NCBI GenBank assembly: GCA_048882485.1
Contig: JBHLRP010000019.1
Coordinates: 1-52,216, forward strand
Source of the DNA: Candidatus Thorarchaeota archaeon
GTDB lineage: Archaea > Asgardarchaeota > Thorarchaeia > Thorarchaeales > Thorarchaeaceae
Direction: 5' to 3'
Length of the DNA stretch: 52,216 bases
A program made the translations under genes and the position numbers. Below, piece after piece: positions 38,714-47,643 of this stretch (positions are counted from its first letter, which is position 1; each line of letters begins with the position of its first letter). Below the pieces are notes generated by a model. The model ran no database searches and was not told where the DNA came from. It saw nothing but the letters and a program-made list of their open reading frames with translations.

Positions 38714-38732
38714 AGATTGCACCACGCAATCT
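38714..38732. promoter_or_regulatory. Perfect 7-5-7 inverted repeat (candidate operator) upstream of nadA
   Basis: AGATTGC-ACCAC-GCAATCT, between the minus-strand TATA-like TTAATA (38752-38747) and nadA ATG 38700. Confidence 0.5.
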
Positions 38733-38890
38733 CCACCTATTTAGACTATTAACCAAATCACAATCGGCAAACATTGACGTCCATATATTCGTTTGGCAAC
38801 TTTTGCCTTGCTCAGGCCCGTTTTCCAGCTTGATTTAAGAGGCTGAACACGACCACAAAAAGCACACTCTCGAACACACGGGAGGATATC

Positions 38891-39949
38891 ATAACGAAAA
38901 TCGGCGTCGTATCGGGACTAGAGGCAAGCATGATAGAGGACACTCGCGAAATCATGCGAATACTCCAATCAAGCGATGTCGATATCCAAATTGAGGAGAA
39001 GACAGGAAAAGCACTGAAGAAAAAGGGAGTCCCAATTAAGAAGCTCGATTCTGACCTAATCTTGATTATAGGTTCCGATAAGGCCTTACTCAATTCATTA
39101 CTTCAGCTAGGCGACTCTACAGTGCCATTCCTGCCCGTTTCATCCAAGGGTCAGCCTGACTTCCTTTTTGATGTAACTGCATCCACGTTTGAAGATGTAA
39201 TCCCAGATCTCCTTGACGCACGATGGACTGAGGACCGAAGAACCAGACTTCAGGTGTCTATCGCAGGCAAGTCAAGTCCTCCCTTGATCAATGATGTAGC
39301 AATATTTGCGAGGAGAAGTGCAACGCTAATCCGCTATTCGCTCCATCTTGACAGCGAACGATTCTGGAAGGATGGGAGCGATGGTCTAATCATCGCAACT
39401 CCAACCGGAAGCACGGCGTACTCCATGAGCGTAGGTGGGCCAGTTGTGCTACCGCCCGCAAAGGTCATGACAATAATCCCTGTCAATAGTGTTAATCCAG
39501 CACGACGACCTCTTATCGTGGAGGACACCACTGTCATTGAGATTCGGGATTTGACAAGCTCTGTAGCAATAGAGGCTGTTCTTGACGGGCAATTGCGCAG
39601 AAGGGTCAATAGTGGACCTGTCCTCATCGAACGTGCCAAGGCAGATGCTGTCTTTGTCAAGCTATCAGAAGAACGGGTAGCAGCATTGAGAGGAAAGCTG
39701 CATCAGATGACTGAAGCTTTTGGAGACCTTGCTCAAGACCTACCTCCAAGCGCCAAGCTTGTGCTCAAGGTACTTGAGTATCAAGGGCAACTAACACAGA
39801 AAGAAATAGTTGATGAAACTTTACTCCCGCCCAGAACTGTAAGATACGCGCTCTCCATTCTCATATCAGACGGACTGATTTCTAAACGTGTGTCTCTAAG
39901 AGATAGCCGTCAGGGTTTGTATCGTGTGGCAAATGACAGGAGTGACTGA
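38891..39949 (+). CDS. NAD kinase-family protein with a C-terminal MarR-like winged HTH
   Basis: IGSDK (variant of GGDG), LINDV, DGLIIATPTGSTAYSMSVGGP, LDGQ; C-terminal LPPSAKLVLKVLEYQGQLTQKEIVDETLLPPRTVRYALSILISDGLI...RQGLY. ORF track starts at ATG 38930. In-frame ATA 38891 after GGAGG restores the N-terminal strand xTKIGVVS. Confidence 0.85.
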   Translation: MTKIGVVSGLEASMIEDTREIMRILQSSDVDIQIEEKTGKALKKKGVPIKKLDSDLILIIGSDKALLNSLLQLGDSTVPFLPVSSKGQPDFLFDVTASTFEDVIPDLLDARWTEDRRTRLQVSIAGKSSPPLINDVAIFARRSATLIRYSLHLDSERFWKDGSDGLIIATPTGSTAYSMSVGGPVVLPPAKVMTIIPVNSVNPARRPLIVEDTTVIEIRDLTSSVAIEAVLDGQLRRRVNSGPVLIERAKADAVFVKLSEERVAALRGKLHQMTEAFGDLAQDLPPSAKLVLKVLEYQGQLTQKEIVDETLLPPRTVRYALSILISDGLISKRVSLRDSRQGLYRVANDRSD

Positions 39950-39950
39950 T

Positions 39951-42092
39951 ATGGACCTAGATAAATCCAAGATGCCAAAATCGAAGAATGCCATCGTTGC
40001 GAAGGTCCTGGCGACAATACTTAGTGAAGCTGAGCGTTCCTACAAGGGAGAAGCTCCTATTGCGGAAGTTGGTTTCTTTCGAGAGAATAGGCAACTTGCC
40101 CCCTATGCGCTCATTCAGTCGACAGGAAATGAAATCGAATCACTCGCTGACGCAACATCTATGGATGATCTCTTGCAGCGAGCGTATCGGGACGAAGTGG
40201 CGGAGATTAATGAAGGCGATATGATTGGCTGCTTGACATTAGGATTCTATGGTTTCATTTTCGGCAAATACGATGATGAGGATTTCAGGTATATCTATCG
40301 CTACGCCATGAGGGCAATTCGTAAATACAGCATAGTGGAGGAATGGCTGAAGAAAGCGTTGGTCTTCGAATCGCTCCTACATCGCGATGACCTAGAATGG
40401 ATTTTCAATAGAGTCCTATTTTGGCTCAAATATCTGGGCGCACCTATTTTCAATCCGAAGGTACTAGTTGAAACTTGTCAGGAATTTGAAATCGATGCTG
40501 GAGGATTCACCGAGCGTTCTGAATTCAGGCTAGTAGACACACTCAGAAGACATTCGGAATATTTGGAGGAGGCATTGGGAAACCGCACGTATCTCGAAAC
40601 TCGAGCAGCAACGAGAGATTGGCTCCCTGATGGGCTCTCATCCGAGCTACTGACTGTTTATCGAAGAAGGGCTAATGCTGAAGCCCAAATGAGCATTCGT
40701 CAAGACCAAAGTCCAAAAGATGCTAACAAAAAGGTGAGTAATGTTTTCAAGAAGACTGGCTTCCAGTCCAATGATGACTCTGTTCTACCAGTGCGGTTGC
40801 AGGATCTTGAGTCGCCTCCCGATCCTCCTGCAGTTGACCCTGTTGTATTTGAGATGATTCCGCAGAAACTAAGGATGGACCTACTACCCGCAGTTGCTTA
40901 CTCAGCGAGAACAAAGCGCATCGAGGTTATTTTTCTCGGAGGGCCAAGGATAGGTCATAGTGGGATACTCATCAAGACCGACACCGGCGGCATATTAGTG
41001 GACTTTGGCTTGTCAGTTGCGAATCAGAGAATTCCTGAGTGGGTACCTGAATTGGAGATGATCGATTCTATTCTGGTGAGTCATTCACACCTAGACCATA
41101 TCGGGGGACTGCCAGTATTATATGAGAAATATACAGGAAAGTGGTGCTCCGTTGGTGTCACCGGTGCAGTCACAAAAGCCCTTCTACAGGATGCAATCAA
41201 AGTTGGCACGCCTCATCCTCCAAGAAAGAAAGACAAATGGGACCTAATATCCCGTCTGAATCAGAAGAATGTGGATAAGGTCACAAGGAATCATGTCAGT
41301 CTTGAGCTTGGAAAGAGCAGCGAAGTTGGGCCTGGAATACTAGTGACGCCTATTGATGCCTCACATATTCCTGGGAGCGCTTCATTTCTTGTTGACATTG
41401 AAGGCATAAAGATCCTTTACACCGGTGATTTCAATCTCGATAAGTCTGTTCTCTTCCCAGGAGCTAACCTCCCCACTAACCCCGACATAGTAATATTCGA
41501 TGGCACTTATTGGGGGAGAGAAGACTTTGACCGGCAGAAGGTCGCAGAAATAATCACAGAGGCCATTCAGAATAACGGGCCGGTTATTATACCAAGTTTT
41601 GCAGTTGGTAGGTCACAGGAGATTCTTGTGACATTGGACAATCTCGGCATAACCAAGCAGAGAAACGTCATGGTTGCAGGCCTTGCCGAACATATCACCA
41701 AGCTAGTCGGCATGTCAGGTGACTGGCAAGGAATGAAGAAGAACAAGGTGACTCTTGACAAAGAAGATGTGCTAGTAGCTGGTGGCGGAATGATGGGGGG
41801 AGGCCTGGCTCGACAGCACTTCAAGGAACATAGAAAGAATCCAAATGCTGCTATAATATTATGTGGATACTTGGCACCTAGAACTCCCGGATGGAATCTA
41901 CTGCATGGTTATGAGCCACATGAATGTCAAGTAGAATATGCAAGACTTAGCGCCCACTCTTCGGCGACGAATCTTGAGCGGTATATTAGATCCTGCAAAG
42001 GAAAGAAAGTAATGATTCATACCCCCTATCCAAAAACTCCGAAAGGGATCATCATTCCAGAATTTCAGGAGCGCATCATCCTGAAGACCTAG
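39951..42092 (+). CDS. Metallo-beta-lactamase / beta-CASP nuclease (aCPSF2-like) with a ~320-aa N-terminal extension
   Basis: LGGPRIGHS, VDFG, SHSHLDHIG, SHIPGS, YTGDF, DGTY, PSFAVGRSQE, LSAH and a final H. ATG 39951 follows GGAGTGA and lies 1 nt after the upstream stop (track start 39924). Confidence 0.88.
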   Translation: MDLDKSKMPKSKNAIVAKVLATILSEAERSYKGEAPIAEVGFFRENRQLAPYALIQSTGNEIESLADATSMDDLLQRAYRDEVAEINEGDMIGCLTLGFYGFIFGKYDDEDFRYIYRYAMRAIRKYSIVEEWLKKALVFESLLHRDDLEWIFNRVLFWLKYLGAPIFNPKVLVETCQEFEIDAGGFTERSEFRLVDTLRRHSEYLEEALGNRTYLETRAATRDWLPDGLSSELLTVYRRRANAEAQMSIRQDQSPKDANKKVSNVFKKTGFQSNDDSVLPVRLQDLESPPDPPAVDPVVFEMIPQKLRMDLLPAVAYSARTKRIEVIFLGGPRIGHSGILIKTDTGGILVDFGLSVANQRIPEWVPELEMIDSILVSHSHLDHIGGLPVLYEKYTGKWCSVGVTGAVTKALLQDAIKVGTPHPPRKKDKWDLISRLNQKNVDKVTRNHVSLELGKSSEVGPGILVTPIDASHIPGSASFLVDIEGIKILYTGDFNLDKSVLFPGANLPTNPDIVIFDGTYWGREDFDRQKVAEIITEAIQNNGPVIIPSFAVGRSQEILVTLDNLGITKQRNVMVAGLAEHITKLVGMSGDWQGMKKNKVTLDKEDVLVAGGGMMGGGLARQHFKEHRKNPNAAIILCGYLAPRTPGWNLLHGYEPHECQVEYARLSAHSSATNLERYIRSCKGKKVMIHTPYPKTPKGIIIPEFQERIILKT

Positions 42093-42101
42093 CGAAAGAT
42101 T

Positions 42102-44048
42102 CTACGCTACTACCTCAAGTACGCCATCAAGAACAAGCTTCGTTGCCACAAACTTCATTGCGGGCAAGCTGACATTCAGCTTCTTCACAACATCCTGCAG
42201 TGCTGTAGAACCATCACAAAGGTCCACAAACTTGACAACTACTGCACCATAAGCCTTCTGGGTCTCCTCATCCACCTCTCCACTCTTCCGCAGATGGCTA
42301 TCAGGCTGAATCTCAACCTGGAAGTCAATCCAACCGAAACGTTCCATTAATTGAAGACAGCCAATAACTGTTTCTCGCGGAAGGTCAAGACTCCTAACAA
42401 GACCACCGACAGTCGCAGTCCCATCGATAGCGGCTTTCACTTCTACTACAGCTTTCCCTACTTCTCGGTTGTCAAAAGGCAGCGGTTTTCCAGCCTCACG
42501 AGCACGTGCCACATAATCAAAACTCACTGGACGCAATGGCAACTGGTTGAGAACCATAAACATAGAGGTTTCGAACTGAGCTGGTGAGCCATCCCATGTA
42601 TCCCAGACGCCTTCGAATATATGCTCAATCTCACGAAGTAGTCCGCCCATCGTTTGCCTATGCGCCTCCTCAGCTGAAGCATTGGTGACTATGAGTGCCA
42701 TCACGAAATGCTCTGACTTCTCAACCATCACAAGATTCCCTTCATGTTCTATTGTTTCCAATGCGTCAGTCTTATCTGCAATCCCACTGGCATCTCCGTC
42801 TATGCCACCAAATGAATCCAGGGCAGAAATCAAGGAAGCCACCGAGTTTGTGTCAATCTCCTCCCCTGAGTAATTCAGGTGGTAAGATACCTCTGATAGA
42901 CCTTCCTTTTGCACAATCAGAAGTAGATGCAAGATTCGCGCCTGTTCAAGAATGCGTGTATCCACGACTTGTGGAGTCACTATTTCATCGGATTGGCTTG
43001 AGGTCGATACGTCCACTTCTACTTCTGTTGATTCGGAACCCACGCTTGTGTCACCAGCTGTGCTAGCTGATTCTTGATAGGGATCTACAACGTATTCTCC
43101 ATCGCCTGCGGCAGCCGTTCGTCTTGCTTCAGGCACTGGTGCAATCTCTACAGTTCCCTTGCGGACAGTAATCATCTCGCTGATAGGCCTATCAGGCAAT
43201 TGGACGCCCACTGTCTTTGCAGCCACCTCAAGCATAAGGCGAATGAACTCCTCTCTACGAGTCTTATCTGTAGCCACCATACTGAATGTAGGTGCACCAA
43301 GAAGCCGCTGGATTTTCTCGCCTCTCATTGATTCTGGCAAATCCTGCTTGTTTGCAATGATGAACAACGGAACTGCAGGTGCCTCTTTCTTTATCGTTCT
43401 GAGAAGAGTCTTTGTCTGCATCACGTTTCTGAAGCTGGAATCTGTCACTAGAAAGATCACGTCTGTACCAGCAAAGTAGAATTGCCAGAGGTCCTGGAAG
43501 ACAGCCTGCCCGGCAAAGTCCCAGACGGTCACGAGAAAAGTCCCGAACTGAATAGTTTCTGAGGAGTCTACAGCGACATTGATGGTAGGCACATATCCTC
43601 CTGGTGCAGGCTCCTTGCCAAAGAGTAGTCTCAAGAGTGTGGACTTCCCTACACCGCCGCTTCCTACATAGCTTACCTTGAACCTAGTGAAAATTAGTTC
43701 ACCGAGAATGTCCTCAAGGTTGTCTCGAATATAGCCGATGCTGTTTCCCCGAAGCGCCGTGGATATACGAGCGGTTCCTTCACGGATCTTGTGTTTTATT
43801 GCTCGCTCCTCATCACGGCCGTCAGTGACAAACATCAAGACGAGCTCATCATCAACTACTCCGTGAAACACCTTATGCGGGCCGACGTATACTGGTGTAT
43901 CTGCTGATAGTCCTTCAGTGCTATGGAGGTCTCTCCATCCAGTTAAGAATTCTTGAATATCCGCATCTGTGAAATCAATCTTCCAAAATCGGGTTCTAGT
44001 CACAACACTACCGTCGACTTTGTCAATCAACAGAACGTTGTGGATCAT
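42102..44048 (-). CDS. Multidomain small GTPase: longin-like, Ras-superfamily (Arf/Rag-like) GTPase, acidic linker, longin-like, two wHTH
   Basis: G1 GSGGVGKS (43664-43641), G2 YVPT, G3 WDFAGQ, G4 NKQD. Flanking beta-beta-alpha-beta-beta-beta-alpha segments (e.g. LHLLLIVQKEGL...SVASLISALDSFG...LETIEHEGNLVMVEKSEHFVMALIV). C-terminal IDG..TV/CDG..AL helical repeats. Confidence 0.88.
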   Translation of the reverse strand: MIHNVLLIDKVDGSVVTRTRFWKIDFTDADIQEFLTGWRDLHSTEGLSADTPVYVGPHKVFHGVVDDELVLMFVTDGRDEERAIKHKIREGTARISTALRGNSIGYIRDNLEDILGELIFTRFKVSYVGSGGVGKSTLLRLLFGKEPAPGGYVPTINVAVDSSETIQFGTFLVTVWDFAGQAVFQDLWQFYFAGTDVIFLVTDSSFRNVMQTKTLLRTIKKEAPAVPLFIIANKQDLPESMRGEKIQRLLGAPTFSMVATDKTRREEFIRLMLEVAAKTVGVQLPDRPISEMITVRKGTVEIAPVPEARRTAAAGDGEYVVDPYQESASTAGDTSVGSESTEVEVDVSTSSQSDEIVTPQVVDTRILEQARILHLLLIVQKEGLSEVSYHLNYSGEEIDTNSVASLISALDSFGGIDGDASGIADKTDALETIEHEGNLVMVEKSEHFVMALIVTNASAEEAHRQTMGGLLREIEHIFEGVWDTWDGSPAQFETSMFMVLNQLPLRPVSFDYVARAREAGKPLPFDNREVGKAVVEVKAAIDGTATVGGLVRSLDLPRETVIGCLQLMERFGWIDFQVEIQPDSHLRKSGEVDEETQKAYGAVVVKFVDLCDGSTALQDVVKKLNVSLPAMKFVATKLVLDGVLEVVA

Positions 44049-44464
44049 TCATCTTTCACTCCGTAGGATAGTCAATTATCTTGATGAGTCTTGCATCTGC
44101 CATACTTTTTCTATAGATAAACTAACCTGCTATCAAGATTACTGGTATAGCACCTATCCTAGTAATTCGAATAAATACACTGTGAATGTGGGCGTACTCA
44201 TTTATGTATATAAACTCCCAGATTGGGCTTTCAGTCAGCTGTTTGTAACGATGAATCGGGGTCGGCGCACCACACTGGCGGCTCTGGATTCTCTTCTATT
44301 CTGTCATTCTAGCCTCCCCGCTTTTCGTCTTTGGCTTGTGCTTTGAAGGATTTTTCTCAATCATCATTATTGTCTGGAGAAATCTCAAGCTAGTCGAAGG
44401 CATGAGATGTACTGTGACAAGTTTGACACTCAATGCTTCGAAGAAGCGACAAAACATTGAAACA

Positions 44465-45670
44465 CTATTCTGCTTTGATCTCCAAAGGTATGATTGTGGC
44501 TTCTCTGAATCTACGTCTGGATGCATGATTGACAGCCTTGTCCATGCCTTTTTGAATTAGGTAGGAAAACAGGAATATGAATGGGACGAAGATTAGCACC
44601 AAATAGAAGTTATCTCTCGCAAATATGTTAACATTCAGCACATCAGTCAAAATAAAATCAAAAATGATAAGGAAGATTCTGTGGAATAGATATACACTGA
44701 ATGTAGAGTAAGCTATTGCTGAAATAATAGATTCAATTCTAGTTTTGGAAAATATCAGTCCAAAAGCTCGAAAAGCAAAGTTAAAGGATGAAAGAGCGAA
44801 AATGACAAATGATATCATAATCAGGCCAAATAGGAGAAAAACTGATTCTATTTCAATAAAGCCAGGATTCCTTTCCAAGATGAGTTCTATATGGCTTGTT
44901 CCATATCTTGAATTCAAGGCATTATAGCAGAACTGACACAGGAATCCGGTGAGAAAATAAAACAGCATAGCTAAACACAATGGGACAGCCAATGATGCTG
45001 TCTTTGGTATCTTTGTCAGACGTTCTTTGATCCTATCATAATAGGAAGAAGCGAAAAATCCAGCAGCGAATATGCCAGCGATAAACATCAAATAATATAG
45101 GAAAAAGCGATATTCAACGAGTCCAAAGACCCCATTAAGAAGTACAAAGAAGAGCAACACAGCTATAGAAACCGGAATAATTCGCTTGATTGAGCATACC
45201 AAGTTAAGAATGATATAAGTCACGTAATATAGTACAATTACGCCAATGAACCAAAGAGTCAAGATAGGAGCACCAAATTCCGGAGCGACTAATATTTGTA
45301 GCCCGAAAATATGGGCCAATAGATAGAAAGGATTAATGCTCAAATAATCAAGAAAGAAGAGAAATAAAACCAGTGCGATCCAATATAGGGGAAAAATTCT
45401 CAAGACTCTCTTCTTTAGGAATGCAAGTATCTTCTTGGTTGAGTTCAGTTCTCGGTTGTTGGGATTTAGGTATAGCCCAAACCCAGAGGCAAACACAAAA
45501 GACCCCATAGCAGCAAATATTCCTACATTATTGACAAGAAACACGCCATACCAATCTAAATCGTTGTAGAAATTATATGCATAATTAAGAGGGGTATGAA
45601 TGAGTATGACGACAATCAAAATCGCAATAATTCGAAGCATGTCTATTTCGACTAATCTTATGTTAGTCAT
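44465..45670 (-). CDS. Acyltransferase_3 (OafA-like) integral membrane O-acyltransferase
   Basis: IDMLRIIAILIVVILIH, FVFASGFGL, FLKKRVLRIFPLYW, LWFI, AYSTFSVYLFH; about 10 TM. ATG 45670 preferred to TTG 45718. Confidence 0.88.
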   Translation of the reverse strand: MTNIRLVEIDMLRIIAILIVVILIHTPLNYAYNFYNDLDWYGVFLVNNVGIFAAMGSFVFASGFGLYLNPNNRELNSTKKILAFLKKRVLRIFPLYWIALVLFLFFLDYLSINPFYLLAHIFGLQILVAPEFGAPILTLWFIGVIVLYYVTYIILNLVCSIKRIIPVSIAVLLFFVLLNGVFGLVEYRFFLYYLMFIAGIFAAGFFASSYYDRIKERLTKIPKTASLAVPLCLAMLFYFLTGFLCQFCYNALNSRYGTSHIELILERNPGFIEIESVFLLFGLIMISFVIFALSSFNFAFRAFGLIFSKTRIESIISAIAYSTFSVYLFHRIFLIIFDFILTDVLNVNIFARDNFYLVLIFVPFIFLFSYLIQKGMDKAVNHASRRRFREATIIPLEIKAE

Positions 45671-46051
45671 GCTCAATTGGCCAATTAGTGAATAGTATAA
45701 GAATAATGATAAACGCAAGCATTATGCCGGGCTAAAGCTGTCAACGACACTGTCCAGCTCTTCAACTGACGGCTATGTGGTGATCGTAGGCGCAGTCAGT
45801 CCACACACGCCCTAATAGATTCCACTTTAGTCATTTTAAGCTGAGCGGCTAACCCCAAGTTGGCCATCAAGATTACTGGCATAGTACTTCCCGTGTCTAA
45901 TCTCAACTTGCCGAAGAGTAAAAGAACATTTCCTAATATGTCCACATTCCGTTCAGACTGTCGCTTTGAGGAAAAGCCTAAAGGGTAGATTTCTGCAGGG
46001 ATTCCCGGTAGGTATATTGCGGCACTAGTATGAAGCAAAGGCGGACTGCTG

Positions 46052-47632
46052 ATGACCAATATTGACGTCAAGGCTTTGGGCGTAATTGGAGTTGTCCTAG
46101 TCATGACTACAGTCAATATGGCCGGAGCCGCAAATTCCCCCTTGACAAATTCTTCCATAAAATTGGCATTGCCAGAATCGAAAATTCTGGGCACCTTACT
46201 TGTTGATGATAGCAATCCGAGAATCGCCGTTGTGAAACCTATCTTCACTGACACAGCATATTCAAGTGCATTCTACAACTTCTATTCAAAATACGCAGGA
46301 TATACGGACTATATCGATACGGATTTACATCTGCTCAATGTGACAGTAAAGGATGGGTGGGGGTGGAGCCTAGGATTATCAAATTTCTTGACAAGCTTCA
46401 AAGCACGCGTAGCGGGATTGTCCTTGGGCGAGAACGTTAAGCAGATTGATGAAATTGATGTCACAATGGGTGCATTATTTGAGAATAACAGTCGAGTCTA
46501 TGATGTAGTAATTCTTGGATTCACCGAATATGTCACAATTGAGGAGTACAATTTCTACAAGAGATTCGTTGAAACCGGTGGAACTCTCATCATAATGGAT
46601 GCATGCAACTTCCTGGCTGAAGTGAAATATTGCCCTCCGGCTTCGCCTGACGAAGCAGGCTACCTCAGTTTAGTCAAAGGTCACGGATGGGAGTTCAATG
46701 GCACATATGCATGGAAATCAGTATATCATAGATGGCCTGAGGAGAACCGGAACTGGATTGCTAGCAACTATTGGAGATGGTGGACTGGTGATCACTATGA
46801 CTACTTTCAATCCAACACGTCACATCCAATCAGCGCCTATATAAGAAACAACTACGGTCAGAATGTCACTTCAAGGTACGGTGCTCATGAGGAGAATACA
46901 CTGGAGAATTTCACCGACACACAAGTTATTGGGTATTGGCATTTCATTGATCCGGACGAGGAACCGAACGATCCTGTTGTGGCGTACCAGCACAAGTATG
47001 GAGAAGGGAGTGTATTTCATGCCGGAATCATGGCAAGCGACGTGGTGGCTAGGGAAGAGTTCCTTCAGGCATTTCTGGTAAGTGCTGTCAGAATGGCGAT
47101 AATGGGAGATGTCGGAGTCTGGTCATTCAACAATGATTATCCATTTCAGTTCCTCACTAGTGCATTCTATGAGAATGGAACCCAGGTAGAACAAGGGGCA
47201 CGCTTGTCAGGTAAAGTCAAGTTCTTTGTGAACTTCAGCACTAGCATCATTGTTCAAGATCAAAGATATTATTCTCTGGAATGGGTTGGTATTCTTATAG
47301 ATCCACAAGACTCAAGCGGCCTATCTAGCCCCCTAGCTAGCAATGGCAGTATGATAGATGAGAATCCTCGCATTTGGCGAATCGACGTGGACACATGGGA
47401 TCTCTATGATGGAGAATATGTGTTTAAGGTCTGTTGTAGATTTATATCAAATTCCAATGCCTCAGACTATTTGGATTCAACGCTAATGGTGTCTGTGCAT
47501 GAGGTGAAGAACATCCCTGATGAGATCAGGACAAGCCTCTATGCTGTATCAGGATCTCTTGTGGCAATTGTGGCGTTTGTTAGTCTTGTCATAGTTTGGA
47601 GTGATAGTCGAAAGCAAACTGGTGGATTGTAA
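46052..47632 (+). CDS. Secreted, C-terminally anchored protein with an N,N-dimethylformamidase-beta-like (class I GATase-like) domain
   Basis: Signal-like N-terminus; IAVVKPIFTDTAY and YDVVILGFTEYVT..EY..YKRFVETGGTLIIMDACNF motifs; many NxS/T sequons; C-terminal TM SLYAVSGSLVAIVAFVSLVIVW. Family call is from motif recall. Confidence 0.65.
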   Translation: MTNIDVKALGVIGVVLVMTTVNMAGAANSPLTNSSIKLALPESKILGTLLVDDSNPRIAVVKPIFTDTAYSSAFYNFYSKYAGYTDYIDTDLHLLNVTVKDGWGWSLGLSNFLTSFKARVAGLSLGENVKQIDEIDVTMGALFENNSRVYDVVILGFTEYVTIEEYNFYKRFVETGGTLIIMDACNFLAEVKYCPPASPDEAGYLSLVKGHGWEFNGTYAWKSVYHRWPEENRNWIASNYWRWWTGDHYDYFQSNTSHPISAYIRNNYGQNVTSRYGAHEENTLENFTDTQVIGYWHFIDPDEEPNDPVVAYQHKYGEGSVFHAGIMASDVVAREEFLQAFLVSAVRMAIMGDVGVWSFNNDYPFQFLTSAFYENGTQVEQGARLSGKVKFFVNFSTSIIVQDQRYYSLEWVGILIDPQDSSGLSSPLASNGSMIDENPRIWRIDVDTWDLYDGEYVFKVCCRFISNSNASDYLDSTLMVSVHEVKNIPDEIRTSLYAVSGSLVAIVAFVSLVIVWSDSRKQTGGL

Positions 47633-47643
47633 AGTGGATTCCA

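Noticed and set aside
44049-44464. ncRNA/tRNA or small ORFs (43969-44346, 44296-44526, 44336-44560) in the long intergenic gap
   Set aside because: No cloverleaf or T-loop motif recognised; the ORFs overlap real genes and lack recognisable features.
45796-46254. 152-aa minus-strand ORF
   Set aside because: Overlaps the better-supported secreted protein on the opposite strand; no motifs.
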